This document shows, piece by piece, positions 39,420-52,307 of a stretch of 64,000 nt of DNA; the stretch's first letter is position 1; the number at the start of each line of letters is the position of its first letter. The notes below the pieces were generated by a model that saw nothing but the letters and a program-made list of their open reading frames with translations, made no database searches and was not told the origin of the DNA. The position numbers and the translations under genes are program-made. This DNA comes from Oopsacas minuta (taxonomy: Eukaryota > Animalia > Porifera): contig JAKMXF010000337.1 in assembly GCA_024704765.1 (NCBI GenBank), positions 166,158 to 230,157 of the forward strand, read 5' to 3'.

Positions 39420-41323
39420 TACATATCTAGCATCAAAATACATAATTCTAGAAAGTCTCAAATTGATTTCCACACGTAAATTAAAAGTTGGAAGGCATGG
39501 TGAATAATAATGTATGCCCACTACCCGCTCCCGCTTATAGATGTTCCTATTTATAGATACCGAACTTATAGAGGCTGTACAATAATAAATTAAGAAGACA
39601 CAAAATATAACGAACTAGGTATCAGAAACGTGTAATGGATTAAGAAAACTTCTTCCTATGAGTTCGTCAAGCATCGTAAGGAAAGAATGTGCCGGGTTTT
39701 CGAGTCTTATTCAAGTAGGTTGCAAAATTTCAAAAAGTTTACTCCCGCACTGCCCCCCTCCTTATCCAGGATCTGCCCTGCCTATAATCTCAGGTGATCC
39801 CACCCTAGATCATGATTTCCTCACAATAATAGCCAAAACCCTGGTTTGCACCCCCTTGCGGAATGTCTGGATGACTACCAATTTAATATTCAAGATCTCT
39901 ATATACTATCTGAATTGGCATGTGTCAACAATCTTGTCAAATTAGATTTATGGAAAGGCAAATATATAAAACTAAAAAGCTATTACACAAGGTCGGTAGG
40001 GTTATTTCTCTTGGCAACAACTTTCCGGTGATCTGACATCAGTTTTATAAACATAAACGAGAACAATCCTGTTTCCACTTATATTTATTTAATAACACTC
40101 AAAGTACCTCAAAAATTTCTGCATTTGGTAAGAGTTTTCTGGTATCCCGAAAATAGTTATATGAACATAAACGAGAACAATCCAGTTAACACATATATTT
40201 AATTGAACCACTTAAAGAATCTTAGTGGTGAGAGAATGAATACAAATTCTCTCATTCTCATACATAGTATCTAGAACTACATACCATGTCAAATTACAGA
40301 AATATACATCGTTCGGATGAGAATTACAGAGGTCAACATTTAAAAAAATATCCAAATTTATCTCATTTTTATACTGATTCCGGACAAGAAGTACTACTCT
40401 ACTATAGTACGCCAAAATATCATTCTAGTCCTCATGAAAATGGCTAATTTACAATAAGGTATAAATTCTATTGAGCTTGGTTATCCAATGTCTATTCTCT
40501 GGGAACCCAGTGCATTGTCAAACTATCACTAGTGTGTTTTTAACACAAAGTACAGAGTTCATTAAGAATAGAAATTGGATAATTGATCATGCAAACGAGG
40601 TTTGTAAAATAACCTTTAACAATTAAACTAGGGTAAATACCGTGATTTACATAAAAACTAAAGATTTTGCAATTACGTATGGTGATAAATTCTGTCAAAT
40701 ACTGAGGATGACATTATGTATTGGCAAGAGATACTTAAAGGCTGAAAAATATTAGGCACCTGAGGAAAATCCGGTAGAATAGTGTGCAAAGATCATTTAG
40801 AGGATCGATAGGTGTATAACTAGCTCAGCTCAACTAGTAGTGTCGAACGAGGGTTCAGGCGATGAGGTTAGGGAATACTGAGAATGGAATGTTGTTACAT
40901 TTATAACAAATTCATGCATTGGTGGGGAAAACATTCTCCATAAATTATCAAGTGAGCCATCAATTCGCTTGAAATTTGTTGCTGAATACGAATCTAGTCG
41001 ATAAATCTTGATTGGATGCGATTTGAAGAACTTACAGCTAGGGGGATATACCCGCATATAGGTGACCGTTGGTAAGCAAAATGCCAGAAAGATAACATTC
41101 GCGACGCTCCATATCCATATCATTTTATAATATATTTAGCTCTACCTATGTGCCAATTTACTAGTATACACAAATGCATTATAATAACGATTAAATACAA
41201 AGAATTGATATCTTAGTACCACAATATCAAAGTATAAAATTAGTTCTAAAGCAGACAAAGGAAAAGTAACAATGAATATAGTGATATACATAGGAAATTG
41301 AATAATATATGTAAAAGTGAAAC

Positions 41324-41509
41324 CTAAATCGTTGATCTCATGGGAAACAATTCTATCTATAGAACAGAAGGAATTCATACTATTCAGACTCTCTTCGTGA
41401 AGAATGGAAGAATATTTTGGACTTCGCAATTCAATTTTGACCTGAATAGCATCTGATAGAGTGTGCATACTATCGTTTTGAATTTTGAAAAATAATGATA
41501 TCGACTCAC
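41324..41509 (-). CDS. TRAPPC13: TRAPPC13-like internal coding exon (186 nt)
   Basis: AG acceptor at 41510-41511. Encodes (G)ESISLFFKIQNDS...VKIEL...CSIDRIVSHEINDL(G), matching TRAPPC13 GETF..ISVHNDS...VKADL...CCIDDVIHHEVKEIG. The phase-1 GT donor joins in frame to the 27723 exon. The donor context (GTTTCA) is weak. Confidence 0.8.
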
Positions 41510-41899
41510 CTACAAATGGACAAATGTAAAACTTACAACAATATTAGGAAAGAATCATAATATATGATAAATCAAATTGGCATATACAGTAAACTTAGGT
41601 TATATAGTCGGACATAACGAATATTATGAAACTCATGGGAAACAAACTGATACACAATTAACCATTAATAATATATTAGGTACGTAATTGCTTTTATCCA
41701 GATGAATGGATATACAATAGGAAAAATTCCAGTTGATAAAAAATTAGGACACCAAATAAGTCATGAACTAGTCTGTATTCATAATGAACCTTAGTCTATT
41801 ATCTATTCAGAACTACTTTAACTTTCACCATATCGCCATTAGTTTGATAGCTAAGAGTATTTCAAATTTCTCAGTTTTAACTATATTTGTATTTTCCAG

Positions 41900-43031
41900 T
41901 ATTTAGGACTTCAAATTGAAATTTGAGGAAAGATACTATATCAAAATTCGCACGCTTCTTGGTATTGGCCCGAAGGATATTCCCATTAGCTTGGAATTCG
42001 TTTATGGAGATACTAGCCTTTCATATACTATTGTGAAGGAGTGAACCAAGCGGTTTCGTGGAGGGTGAGAGTGACTGGAAGATGAGGAACGAATCGGGCG
42101 TCCCAGATCCGCTGTCATTAGCAGCAACACCCTTGAAATTCGCTGGAGAGTGGAAGAAAATACTCATATCACTGTTGAGGAGTTAGCTATGAGTGTAGGA
42201 ATCTCACCGAGAGCTGTTCATTCCATACTTATCGATGAGCTGAAAGTTAGCAAAATTTGTTCGAGGTGGATCCCGCATTCCCTTACAAAGGACCACAAGT
42301 ACCCTCGGGTAACTTGTGCAAGAAAATGCTATACGAGTATAAAGATTCGATTCAAGAAGGCTGGCAGAAATCATTGCTGGTGACGAGACTTGGATAAGAT
42401 ACGACGAACCATTATCCAAAGAAACAAAGAAGGTATGGGTCGTGAAAGGTGAGGCGCCTCCTCTCAATCCTAGGCCGGAATTCAGAAATCAGAAGGTCCT
42501 GTACTCAATTCCCTTTGATGCACATGGTCCAGTTGCCCAGATTATAATACCAAATGGGGAGACAATTACCGGGACTTTATGCCAACAGTTGCCTCTCAGA
42601 AGTAGAAAAATATTTCTTGGAGCAGAGACCAAAGTCTGGAACGTAGGGATGTGAATATTGCACGATAATGCACGGCCACAGAAAACTAAGCTCGTGAAGT
42701 CAGAGTTGGATAAAACGAGAGTTGTTGAGCTAGATCACCTACCCTAGTCACCTGATGTCGCTCCTTGTGATTTCTAGCTCTTTGTAAAGTTGAAAAAGGA
42801 CCTTGCAGGCAGCACTTTGAGACCAGAATCGACCTAGGGAACGTAATTTGGAGATCCCTAAAAGACGTCCGCACGGAGACTATAAAAATGTATTTCAAAA
42901 TGGCTAGATAGTCTACAACGAGTCATAGACGTTAATCGTGATTATTTTGAGAAAATATAACAATTGTACATGTATATTCTGTATAATTACAAAAGTATGG
43001 GATAGGGTCGAGAACTTTTGAACTCCCATTG
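41900..43031 (+). mobile_element. Second mariner (DD34D) element, decayed
   Basis: ERYYIKIR, CSRWIPHSL, AGDETW, LHDNARPH and SPDVAPCDF fragments. Right TIR GAACTTTTGAACTCCCATTG|TA. Left TIR not identified. Confidence 0.75.
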
Positions 43032-43169
43032 TATACATAAATATATTCACTAAACAGGACGCTCTCCACATGTAACAATGAATGGATTACTTATTTACTA
43101 GGTGTTAATGAAACCAGATCTATGAATGCAATTAAACTGAATAAACTGATAATTTACCTTTCCTAATGA

Positions 43170-43400
43170 GTCTGATCCACAAGAAGAATTTTTCCGTAAA
43201 CGATGCAGAACATCATGTGTCCAAGCCAAAAATGGAAAAAACTTCAAAATGTACTAATTTGTTCGCTTAGTAAGCATTATTTGGAGAAAAGAACCTTAAA
43301 TATTGCATATTTGATTTCAAATTAATGCACGAAATCTTGTGAAGAGGCTTTTGACAAGATAAAACCATTAATGATAAAAATTCGCAATACTGAATATTAT
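43170..43400 (-). other. Candidate 5' exon sequence of TRAPPC13 (weak)
   Basis: EFLSLMVLSCQKP resembles HLLALKVMRLTKP, and LGHMM...YGKILL resembles LGEML...FGNIFL. I could not build a fully canonical splice path to 41509. Confidence 0.25.
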
Positions 43401-46400
43401 CATTTATGGTAATATTGATGATTGTGCAATAATACTTTGAATTCATATCAAAATGTATTATGAGGGTATGAGAAATCGGGTATCTCATATATTAAATCTC
43501 TACGGTTGTATTTTTATGGGTTTGTAAAGTTGATTAATAATTGGTAAGAGCCACGAACTGGAAAATTTGCTTGTAATTCCAACTTGATTCAACTTAAATG
43601 AATTTTAAACTTATGTTAGGATCTAACACAGGTTAATATGAATGTAAATAATTCATCTATAATTCCAATTTCGCAATATACATCAAATGCCAATTGGATA
43701 AACATGTAACCGCCATATCGAGACGTTTTAATGCTTTACTACAAAACGGACAAGAAATGTATTGGTCTAATTAATTGTATACAAGTAGAAATTATAAAAG
43801 GGTAGCCTATTGATAAATTATTCTGATTATTCATGGGTAAAACACAAAGATGACCTTTTGGACAATATAGAAATATTTTAAGGTCAAGAGAAATCAGAAA
43901 TAATTGGGCAGTAACATTAACAAGATAATTATTGAATCATGATAGCAATAATTGAATGGTAACTATCAAACTATAGAATACTGATCTACCATAAAGAAAC
44001 AAGTTTGTTTGAGAAAATACATATACCAAAATATTATTAAATATCCCATTAAATATTATCAAGACATGGAATAAATAGTATAGCTGTAGTAATTCTTGCA
44101 TAAAAAAGGACATACGGTAATGACTAATATTAAAAGGGCAATAAAAAGACAGTACAGATTCGGCGGAAGAAGGGTAAAAACAAAACGGCAGGCAACACTG
44201 GGTAGAATGAAAATCTATAGCCTATTTATGGTATTTCACCATGGATTACTTGATTTAATTAGTCGAAAAATTAGACAGGCAACTAGAATATGCCCTGCGT
44301 GGAGAAAAGAATTCATCCACTGATAAATTTCCATATAATTAGTACAAATCTCGTTTATCCTGGAGGTGGCAATACATGAATAATGTAAGATTTATAGAAT
44401 ATCCAATGTCTCATTTGCATTCTACGTATTTGCAAACTCAGTATATATTCCCATTTAGATACTAAAAGAAATGGTGAAAATTCATGAGATTTGTGCCACT
44501 TGATTCCATTTACAACCATTATACATATGGTGATAGGTTTCACAAGTGACACAGTGTTGGAAATTTAGAAACTTATTAGTGAGTATTTCATAGAAATCTT
44601 GGAAACTCATTTATCAGAATACGTGGACTGCGAATTTGATCCCAAATAGCCTTCGAATTATCATATTTTAATGTACTGACATCAAGAATAGACTCACTAT
44701 TGTAATATTAGTATGGAGATTATGGACATGGATGAATACTATTGTCTGGGTAGTATATATAGTTAGATATTTATAAAATTAGCGATCGATGGTCTATACT
44801 GGAACTCAAGAACGAACAAACTGTATATCACAATTTTTTGATATTTTTCTATAATTATAATTACGCTGATCATTTCATTATTAACTTTGGGATGATTGGT
44901 GCTACATTTAACCAAAGCATTCAATACACTAAGTCAATGGTGGTCCCAAAGGTAATTGAATCCGGATTGATTGAATACCTCAATATTCACATAGAGAAAT
45001 TTACCAGTCGCGATAAATTGAAAATGGCACAATTTAAGCAGAATAAATCCACTGCTGATATTCGACAATACCTACAAGGTCTATATCTACAGAGTATTCC
45101 CAGACCGAAATGCTGTTATCTGCTTGGATACTTAGCAATTATGTCAAAAAATGCCTAATGTAAAACTCTGTTTAGAGTGAATTAATACACTCATCGTTTG
45201 AAATTTACAAAATGGGATCCAAGGATGTTGCCAAAACAATATGATAAATCTGTCATCCTAAAGTTCGCGGGGTTAAAATTGTGACACAAGATGGCATGTT
45301 TTCGCCCAGAAAATCATAACTTGACAACCTTCAATGTTATGGCCAATTCAGCTTAAATATATGTAATACATACCTGATAATAAATTTTGATGGGATACCT
45401 CCAAAGGAAATTGGGCAGTCATCAATGACATATATGGTCACTGTCAAGATTAGGTGAATAATCATCAAAGAAATGATATCAAAATGTAGGATCATTTCAT
45501 CCATGATCAATATTATAAATCTGAAACGCTGGAACTTTATCATGACAATCTGTTAACATTTAGTGCTGCTGCACCCGTAGATCAGATGGCATAGATTTTC
45601 TAACGGCAAGTACATTGATTCTCTCACTAGAGAGTTCTACTGTCCACATTAAATTTGAATTTTATCCAAAATTTCTGCCACCTGACTAGCATTTACGTCA
45701 AAAATGAAAATATAACCATGAATTATTCAAATTGAATATTATTTTGGGTGAATTTCAAATCTGATTCTACCGATTATTGGTCATCATGATGTTAAGGAAT
45801 AAATTAGATAAAATGTTACTTCTTAAAGTAGATTTGGGAAGTAAAAATTTCCGAAAATTTGAGAGGGACAAGCTCACTCACTTTCTGAAAAAGAGTACGG
45901 CCTGGTCGTAGCCTAACATAAAACAAAGGTACCGCCGGAAAAGACCCAATATAGCTGTTTATGACATAACAAACATTATAATCAATTACGGTCGAAGTGT
46001 TACATTCAAAACGAAAAGGTAGAGTTTCATGCCTATCCAGGGGAAAGAAGGGATAAATGACCTAAAATCCAGTTCATGAAAATGAATTGTTAAAGCTCGT
46101 GAAGATTGATGTGTCTAGTTTGAAGGATTGTCTCAATATCACCAAAATGCAAGTTGGTAAACTTATTAATATGTAGACGGATACTTGGTTTATTGACATT
46201 TGGTATATGGAGATCTGGTATAGTCGACCTTTAAATTATATATATATAATACATGCTTACTCAAGGACGATCAATTTGTTGTATTAAGAACTAGAAAGAA
46301 ATTTATTGGTGATGAGGTATTCTAAATAATTGAAGTATGATAATAGGGTATATTAAAATGATTGAACACAACTAAATATTTTAGAAAATAAAATAATGTG

Positions 46401-48531
46401 CGATCCATATTAGATAACGTAATGGTTCTATAGTTCCAAAGATCCGATACTATTGCTATCAGATGTTTGTTTCTGGCAATACTTTGATTAGATTAAATGA
46501 TGGCCTACCCTGATTACTTAGTTAGCCAGTTCTAGAGATTTTTCCAGGCGTAAATAATGAATTAACTTTAAGAAACTGAGATGTGTACGACTAAACCCAA
46601 TTGTAATCCATTTTACTTCATTCCACTTACTTATTTGCATGAGAGACTTCTATGTTTATCCTTCTGTATTAATTCCATAGTGGAATGGGAAATGGTGGTG
46701 TTTATTATCCAAGATTAAGAAGCAATCATCCAATGTATGTAGCCTCGCCATAATTAGCAATCTCGAATGCAGAAGTTGGAAGATACAATGTGCTCGTGAA
46801 TAGCATGAATTATATAATATTTATACTAAATGTCCACCATACGAGATCTCCATCGTATGAAATATCTTTGACAAATGTCCATTATACCAAATGTCCACTA
46901 TAAGAATTGGAATAGGCGAGGTGTCCTTCAATTAATTAATTATGCTCATCCTCACTCATAGGCTTCGTGCAGAAGGGGGCGGGGGAGGGCCCGCCTCCTC
47001 CGGAAAAAACTTGGGGGAGGCTAGACCAATCTCGCCCCAGGATTCGTTACCTGAAGTATGGCTTTTCTATAAAATCAGTTGATATATATAAAATAATAGT
47101 GCTCCGGCCCCCCCCAGATTTTCTTAAAAATTCGAAAGTTCTACGCCTATCTCCTCACTAATCCGAAATGCAGTATTCTAATTACAAAGAAATTCGTTCG
47201 TATTAGCGAAATGCAGAGAAACAATATAATACTGTATATAGGATCTCCACATTATTCGAAAGTTATACACATGGTGTAATGGCTGCCGACAACGGACCAA
47301 TTCATAACAATATTGTATTATGAATTTGTTCGCGATAGAATTATTAATTACCCCTATGAATCGTTGAGAATGTTAACATTTTCCAATGGTTGTATAACCT
47401 TTAGGCCCTGTGTCTGGAATAAAGAGAATTAACTGTATTATGATTTGAATCTAGAGAGCATTCTATGTATGTAGGTACAAACTATCGTTTTTCTTCAACT
47501 AGTACAGTTAAACATAGGGGATTTTCCAAAAATCGAAATATGATATTTCTGCGGTATTTCTTCCAATACTTGACAGGAAACGGATATTTTTTAATAACTA
47601 ATCAAAGTGTCCCTCCTGTGGTATTCTCGAATGCAATACCTTTTACACATTATATCTATCAATTTCAACCGATGAACCAGATTTTGTCGCAAAGGTCGAT
47701 CATAATAAATAGAGAAACTCAAAAATATTGAATGAAAAATACGAGAACAGAGGGCTGACATGAAATACGAAAATCATTTCTAAGTGACAGTACTATAAAC
47801 AACTATGTATAAGTTGAATAAAATGTTAAGTATTAAGAATTTGCTGAAACAATATTGCTCTGAATAAGCTCCCAGACGTTTGTTAGCTTTTTCGTTAGCA
47901 TTTTTCATCTCAATTTCTTCTCGGGTGAGTATATACAAAAGATTATAGGAAACTAAATTTACGTAACCATCGGTACAGCAAACCATTTTTACAAATACTA
48001 ATTCGAGCCAGAAAAGCTATTCGTGTAAGATTTTCCATGTGCAATCTTATTGAAAAGAAATATAAGCCATTAGCTGAAAATAAATCTTCCAAAGAGTGTC
48101 TTCTTAATCAGAATTAATCTGAAAACAGTTATCTTTCAAGAATAACAATTAGCCGTAATAAGAAAATTTATCTACAACCTAAAACTTTTGAAAACATTCA
48201 GGTGGGTTTGAGTACTAATTTCTAGCCCTTGATCAGCACAGATGATACCGATAAAGATCAATTTGCTGTTTTGTAAGAGGAATGGTTACCAATTTTAATC
48301 TTACAGATCTTAGGCGAATTGCACGGGCTTAACGATACAACAGGAGTTAGTATCAATAAAGCGGTGATGAAAGGAATTGATGCTATCGGAATTAAGTTGC
48401 ATAATCTATGAAGGGTCATGACAGATGGTGCAGGCCAAATGTTTTAGAGGAAAAAGGTCTATTAGCTCGTTTGGAGAAGAAATGGATATTAGAGTTGTAT
48501 TACTGTGAAATTAGTAAAGTGTACTCTATTA

Positions 48532-50822
48532 CACAGGTCAACAAAATTTAACTTCATTTTCTCATCAAGTATTAGATTGACATTTTCTAAGCTAGTTTTT
48601 ACGCTGAATTCAAATCTGCTTTCAGATTCTTTCCGGCACGTCCAGTTTTTTTTTCCATCTACAAATCAACGATTTTTATGTATTTCCTAAATTTTTCCTG
48701 TTATTTTATGGTAGTGACTGTCTTTTTGTCTTCTTACATGATAGCCATCTGAAATAAATCAACGTTTCGATGTTTTAGATTAATGCCAAGATAATATCAG
48801 TTATTATCCTAGCTCTTACATATAATTATTCACATTCATGCATGTATCAACTACTCACAAACTAAGGGAAAATACATATCCCTCTAGAAGTATAAAGGTA
48901 GCTAACTAAATTGAAAGTGTTGAGAGTACGACTTCCTTTTATATATCTTGTTGGGATTACCTCTGAAGAGCCTCCAACAGTAATCGGACATCATGCCCTC
49001 ATTCCAGAAACCTTGGTATCGGGTTTCCATCTCCTGTATGTCTTGGTGGAATCTCTCACCCTGTTCATCACTTACAGCACCAAGGTTCTCAGGGAAAAAA
49101 TCAAGGTGAGAGTGCAAGAAGTGAAGTTTTAGCGACATGCGACAGCCCATCTTCTCGTATGCGTTAAGCAAGGTTACCACTCCTTCTCTGTAGTTGGACG
49201 ACTTCTTGTTGCCCAAAAAGTTTTCACAAACCCATTTGAAAGAATTCCAAGCACTCATTTCTAATTCGGATAATGTCTTCTCGAAATCTGGATCTCTGAA
49301 TACTTGTCTGATTTGTGGTCCTATAAATACTCCCTCTTTTAATTTTGCCTCGCTTAGTTTCGGAAATTTGCCTACCAAATGCAGAAATCCTGCTGAATTT
49401 GTTTTGCCCATTGTTTTAACGAATGTTTTCATTAATCCAAGTTTAATATGAAGTGGGGGTAAGAAAACTTTGTTTGGATCTACCAAAGGCGAATGCTGTA
49501 AATTGGTTTTCCCCACTTCATAGGTTCTCTTCGGCCAATCACATTTTTTATAATGTTCACCAGTTGCTCGGCTGTCCCATAGACATAGGAAACAACAATA
49601 CTTTGTAAAACCTTGTTGCAAGCCCATCAATAGCCCGATTATCTTAAGATCACCGCAGATATTCCATATATGTGTTCTATACTGCATTGCCTCCAAAACT
49701 TCCTGCAAATTGACGAAGGTTTCTTTGAGATAGACGGAGTGAGCAATTGGAACGCCATGCTTTAGATATCCGTTATGCAACAGAACAGCTTTCAAACTGC
49801 GTTTTGACGAGTCGATGAAAAGGCACCAATCAGAGGAAGAATGTTCTTGTAATAGGTTTGCATAGAGTCCTTCGATATCATTACAATAGCACAGTGGACC
49901 ATCAGTGGTGTAGTATTGAGCGAGATCGAAATTTCGCTTGCGATAGTGGGATACTAGGACATCTTTGTCGAGTAGGTTTTTCTGTTTGAGCCTGGATGCA
50001 AGGAGTTCAGCTTTGTCTATAGATAAGTCTAGATCCCTGACCAGGTCATTCAATTCTCCCTGTGTAAATGTTTGTGGCTCTAGTAATTCATCTTCCGGGA
50101 CATAATTAGCATCTGTAGAATCTGTATGAACATCTTCCACCATATCAACCCGATTTTAATTTGCTGTGGCTTGGGAATTGGGATTGGTAATGAGATGTCG
50201 TGTGGAATTGGCCTGCGAGCAGAATTCAAGTCTGGGTAAACAAGAGCGTGCTTATTCTTGGCTGAGAATCCTGTAATGTCGATAAGGCAAAAGTAACAAT
50301 CATCAAGGTGATTTTTCTGTTCCCTCCAGACCATGGGTATTGCAAATGGCATTGAAACTTTCCTTTTGTTCAGCCAATAACGTAGTCCACTTGAACAAGA
50401 AGTGAATATAACATATGGTGCCCACGACTTGTCTTGGTCACTAAGTGGACATTCGAAGTACAATTTGTATATGTTCTTTAACTGATTTGTGATTGGTCGT
50501 CTTTGCGATTTTACGCAAAAAAGACCACAAACGTAACAGAAATTGTTGGATGAGTTCTACAATTATGATGCATGTTTATAATTTGATTTGCTTGAATTCA
50601 AATAAGTAAAGTCATTTATATTCCAGATAATTGAATCAAAATAGGCATGCTCATATAACAATTTAGTAACTAGGTAATACTATACTATTGAAAAAATGGT
50701 TATTGGATTTCAGAATAACTAGACGGGCTAGAGAAATTCTGATTGCAGATTCGAGTTCAGCATTCAAAAGTATGCTAAGATAAATGTATGTGATCTCTGA
50801 TGAGAAATCTTGTTGAGTTGTG
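48532..50822 (-). mobile_element. Chapaev3 (CMC group) transposon, full length 2291 bp
   Basis: TIR CACA(GG/AC)TCAACAA(A/G)ATTT and TTA on both sides. Confidence 0.88.
48902..50573 (-). pseudogene. Chapaev3 transposase with two frameshifts
   Basis: FCYVCG and DQDKSWAP...PMVWREQKNHLDDCYFC (N-terminal Cys domain), LFIDSSKRSLKAVLLHNG, CGDLK, CFLCLWDSRA, LPPLHIKLGLMK, SDEQGERFHQDI. Frameshifts near 50545 and 50080-50143. Confidence 0.88.
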
Positions 50823-51791
50823 TTATCCAACAGAAGAATTACTGATCAAAGTAATGATAAATGAGAGCGTTATGGAAATAGTAGTGAAACCTTTAAACAA
50901 AAGGATTCTCAGTATGTAGATCTGCTATTCTATAGGGAGGTAAGTTGATAAGGTAGCAGTGCGATGCTTCAGCGCGTTTATGAACTTAGAGATGAACTAT
51001 TCCATTTTATGAAGTAGAAGGGAAAACCAGTTTTTGATCTCAAAGATCCCTCATGGGCATGTGTCTTGGTATATTTAGTTGATAGCCTTCAACATTTGAA
51101 TATCCATAACTTTAAATAGACAGGGGAAATCAGTAATTCACAATTCGTTTCATTTCATTTGGGCCTCTGAAACAAGGCTTGTAGTATAGGAAAAACAATT
51201 TTTAAGAAGCAAATCTAGAACATCACTTTAAACCCTCAAAACAGTCTCCCCCAGATACATTCTTATGAGCAATCGAAATCAATTACCTATGCAAAGAATT
51301 CGTGAATATATTCAAACCTCTTCATAGCAATATTGAAAACTTCGCTATATTTTAAATCCTTTCTCTTTACAACCAATTAAACTATCTGAGCATCTCCAGC
51401 TAGAATTGGTAGAGATGCAATTCAACCAGGACTTTAAATAAAAATTCTATTATGTGACACTAATGGAAATTCACCAAAAGTTTTTATCATGAGCAGATTA
51501 CCAAATTCTTAGCATGACAAAACCTCCATATAGTCAGACAATTGTGGCATCGTCATCCAAGTTAAAGTAAACATATTGTTTAGAATTGTATTGCTGCTGG
51601 CATAATTCATATCCAGGTTTTCTTTCGAGATAATAATATCGATCGTTTTGTGTCTGTCATCATTTTAGATGTCATTCCTACTTTTATTGTCCCAATTAAG
51701 CTTGGATACTCCAACTTACCTCACTTCAAACAAATCTGAAAATTTTCAGTTACTTTTACTAAGAATATAAATTATATACCACCTACGTTGC

Positions 51792-51972
51792 TATAGCCTA
51801 TTCACGGTCTAGAATATCATGTACCAAGAATTGCATCAAGTCTATTAAATTTGACTGACAATTCTCTTTTTTCGATAAAACAAAATCGGTGCATTTATCG
51901 AAAAAAAAGAAATGTCAGTCAAATTTAATAGACTTGAAATAATCCATGGTTAAATATCGTGAATAGGCTTTA
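51792..51972. mobile_element. Palindromic MITE, 181 bp
   Basis: Ends TATAGCCTATTCACG / CGTGAATAGGCTTTA, an internal perfect 24-bp stem CAAGTCTATTAAATTTGACTGACA and a TTTTTTCGATAAA stem. Confidence 0.75.
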
Positions 51973-52307
51973 GTTTCGCAGACTGTGTAAATTATAGTAA
52001 GTCATTTAGCTATTTTTATTCAAGTAAGCATTCCAGTCAATTTTTTATCCTATCACATATGGAGTATAATTACGAAAATTTAAGATGACTACATAAGCCG
52101 TATAAGTGCAACTCCGATAGGAAGGTTCCTTATTCTTTAACAAAATGGACTATGAGACGTCCGTCCAAACGAAATCTACCAATACGATTTACATAAAAAT
52201 TGGTATACATGTAAATTTAGGGGGGTAGTAAGCACACGCCAGGAGTTTTCTAAAGCGAAATTTCCAAATCTTTAGGTGAGGAATGATATTTTAAACCATT
52301 CCATGCG

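Larger units (their letters stand above)
48290..51750 (+). pseudogene. hAT (Buster/GTF2IRD2-like) transposase remnant split by a Chapaev3 insertion
   Basis: TTG...MTDGAGQM (48330-48445) lies left of the insertion, and LLFYREV...LQRVYELRDEL (50920-51000) lies right. Joining the flanks restores YSIIQQ, a decayed HCIIHQ. Outer boundaries approximate. Confidence 0.6.

Noticed and set aside
41142-41468. ORF as a stand-alone membrane protein
   Set aside because: The first half is the TRAPPC13 exon and the hydrophobic tail is read-through into AT-rich intron.
41510-41536. 27-nt micro-intron (GTAAGT...TAG) upstream of the TRAPPC13 exon
   Set aside because: Removing it leaves an in-frame TAA at 41544-41546.
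46959-47149. GC-rich hAT-like MITE and its 64-aa ORF
   Set aside because: The ends are only weakly inverted (TAGGC...GCCTA), no 8-bp TSD was found and the ORF is a G/C-run artefact, so it was not listed as a feature.
29383-49451. Antisense ORFs over transposases (e.g. 29383-29853, 30208-30588, 36449-36667, 38524-38760, 48911-49132, 49194-49451)
   Set aside because: They are shadows of coding sequence on the opposite strand.
49890-49896. CACAGTG as an RSS-like signal
   Set aside because: It falls inside the Chapaev3 ORF, with no distal motif or TSD.
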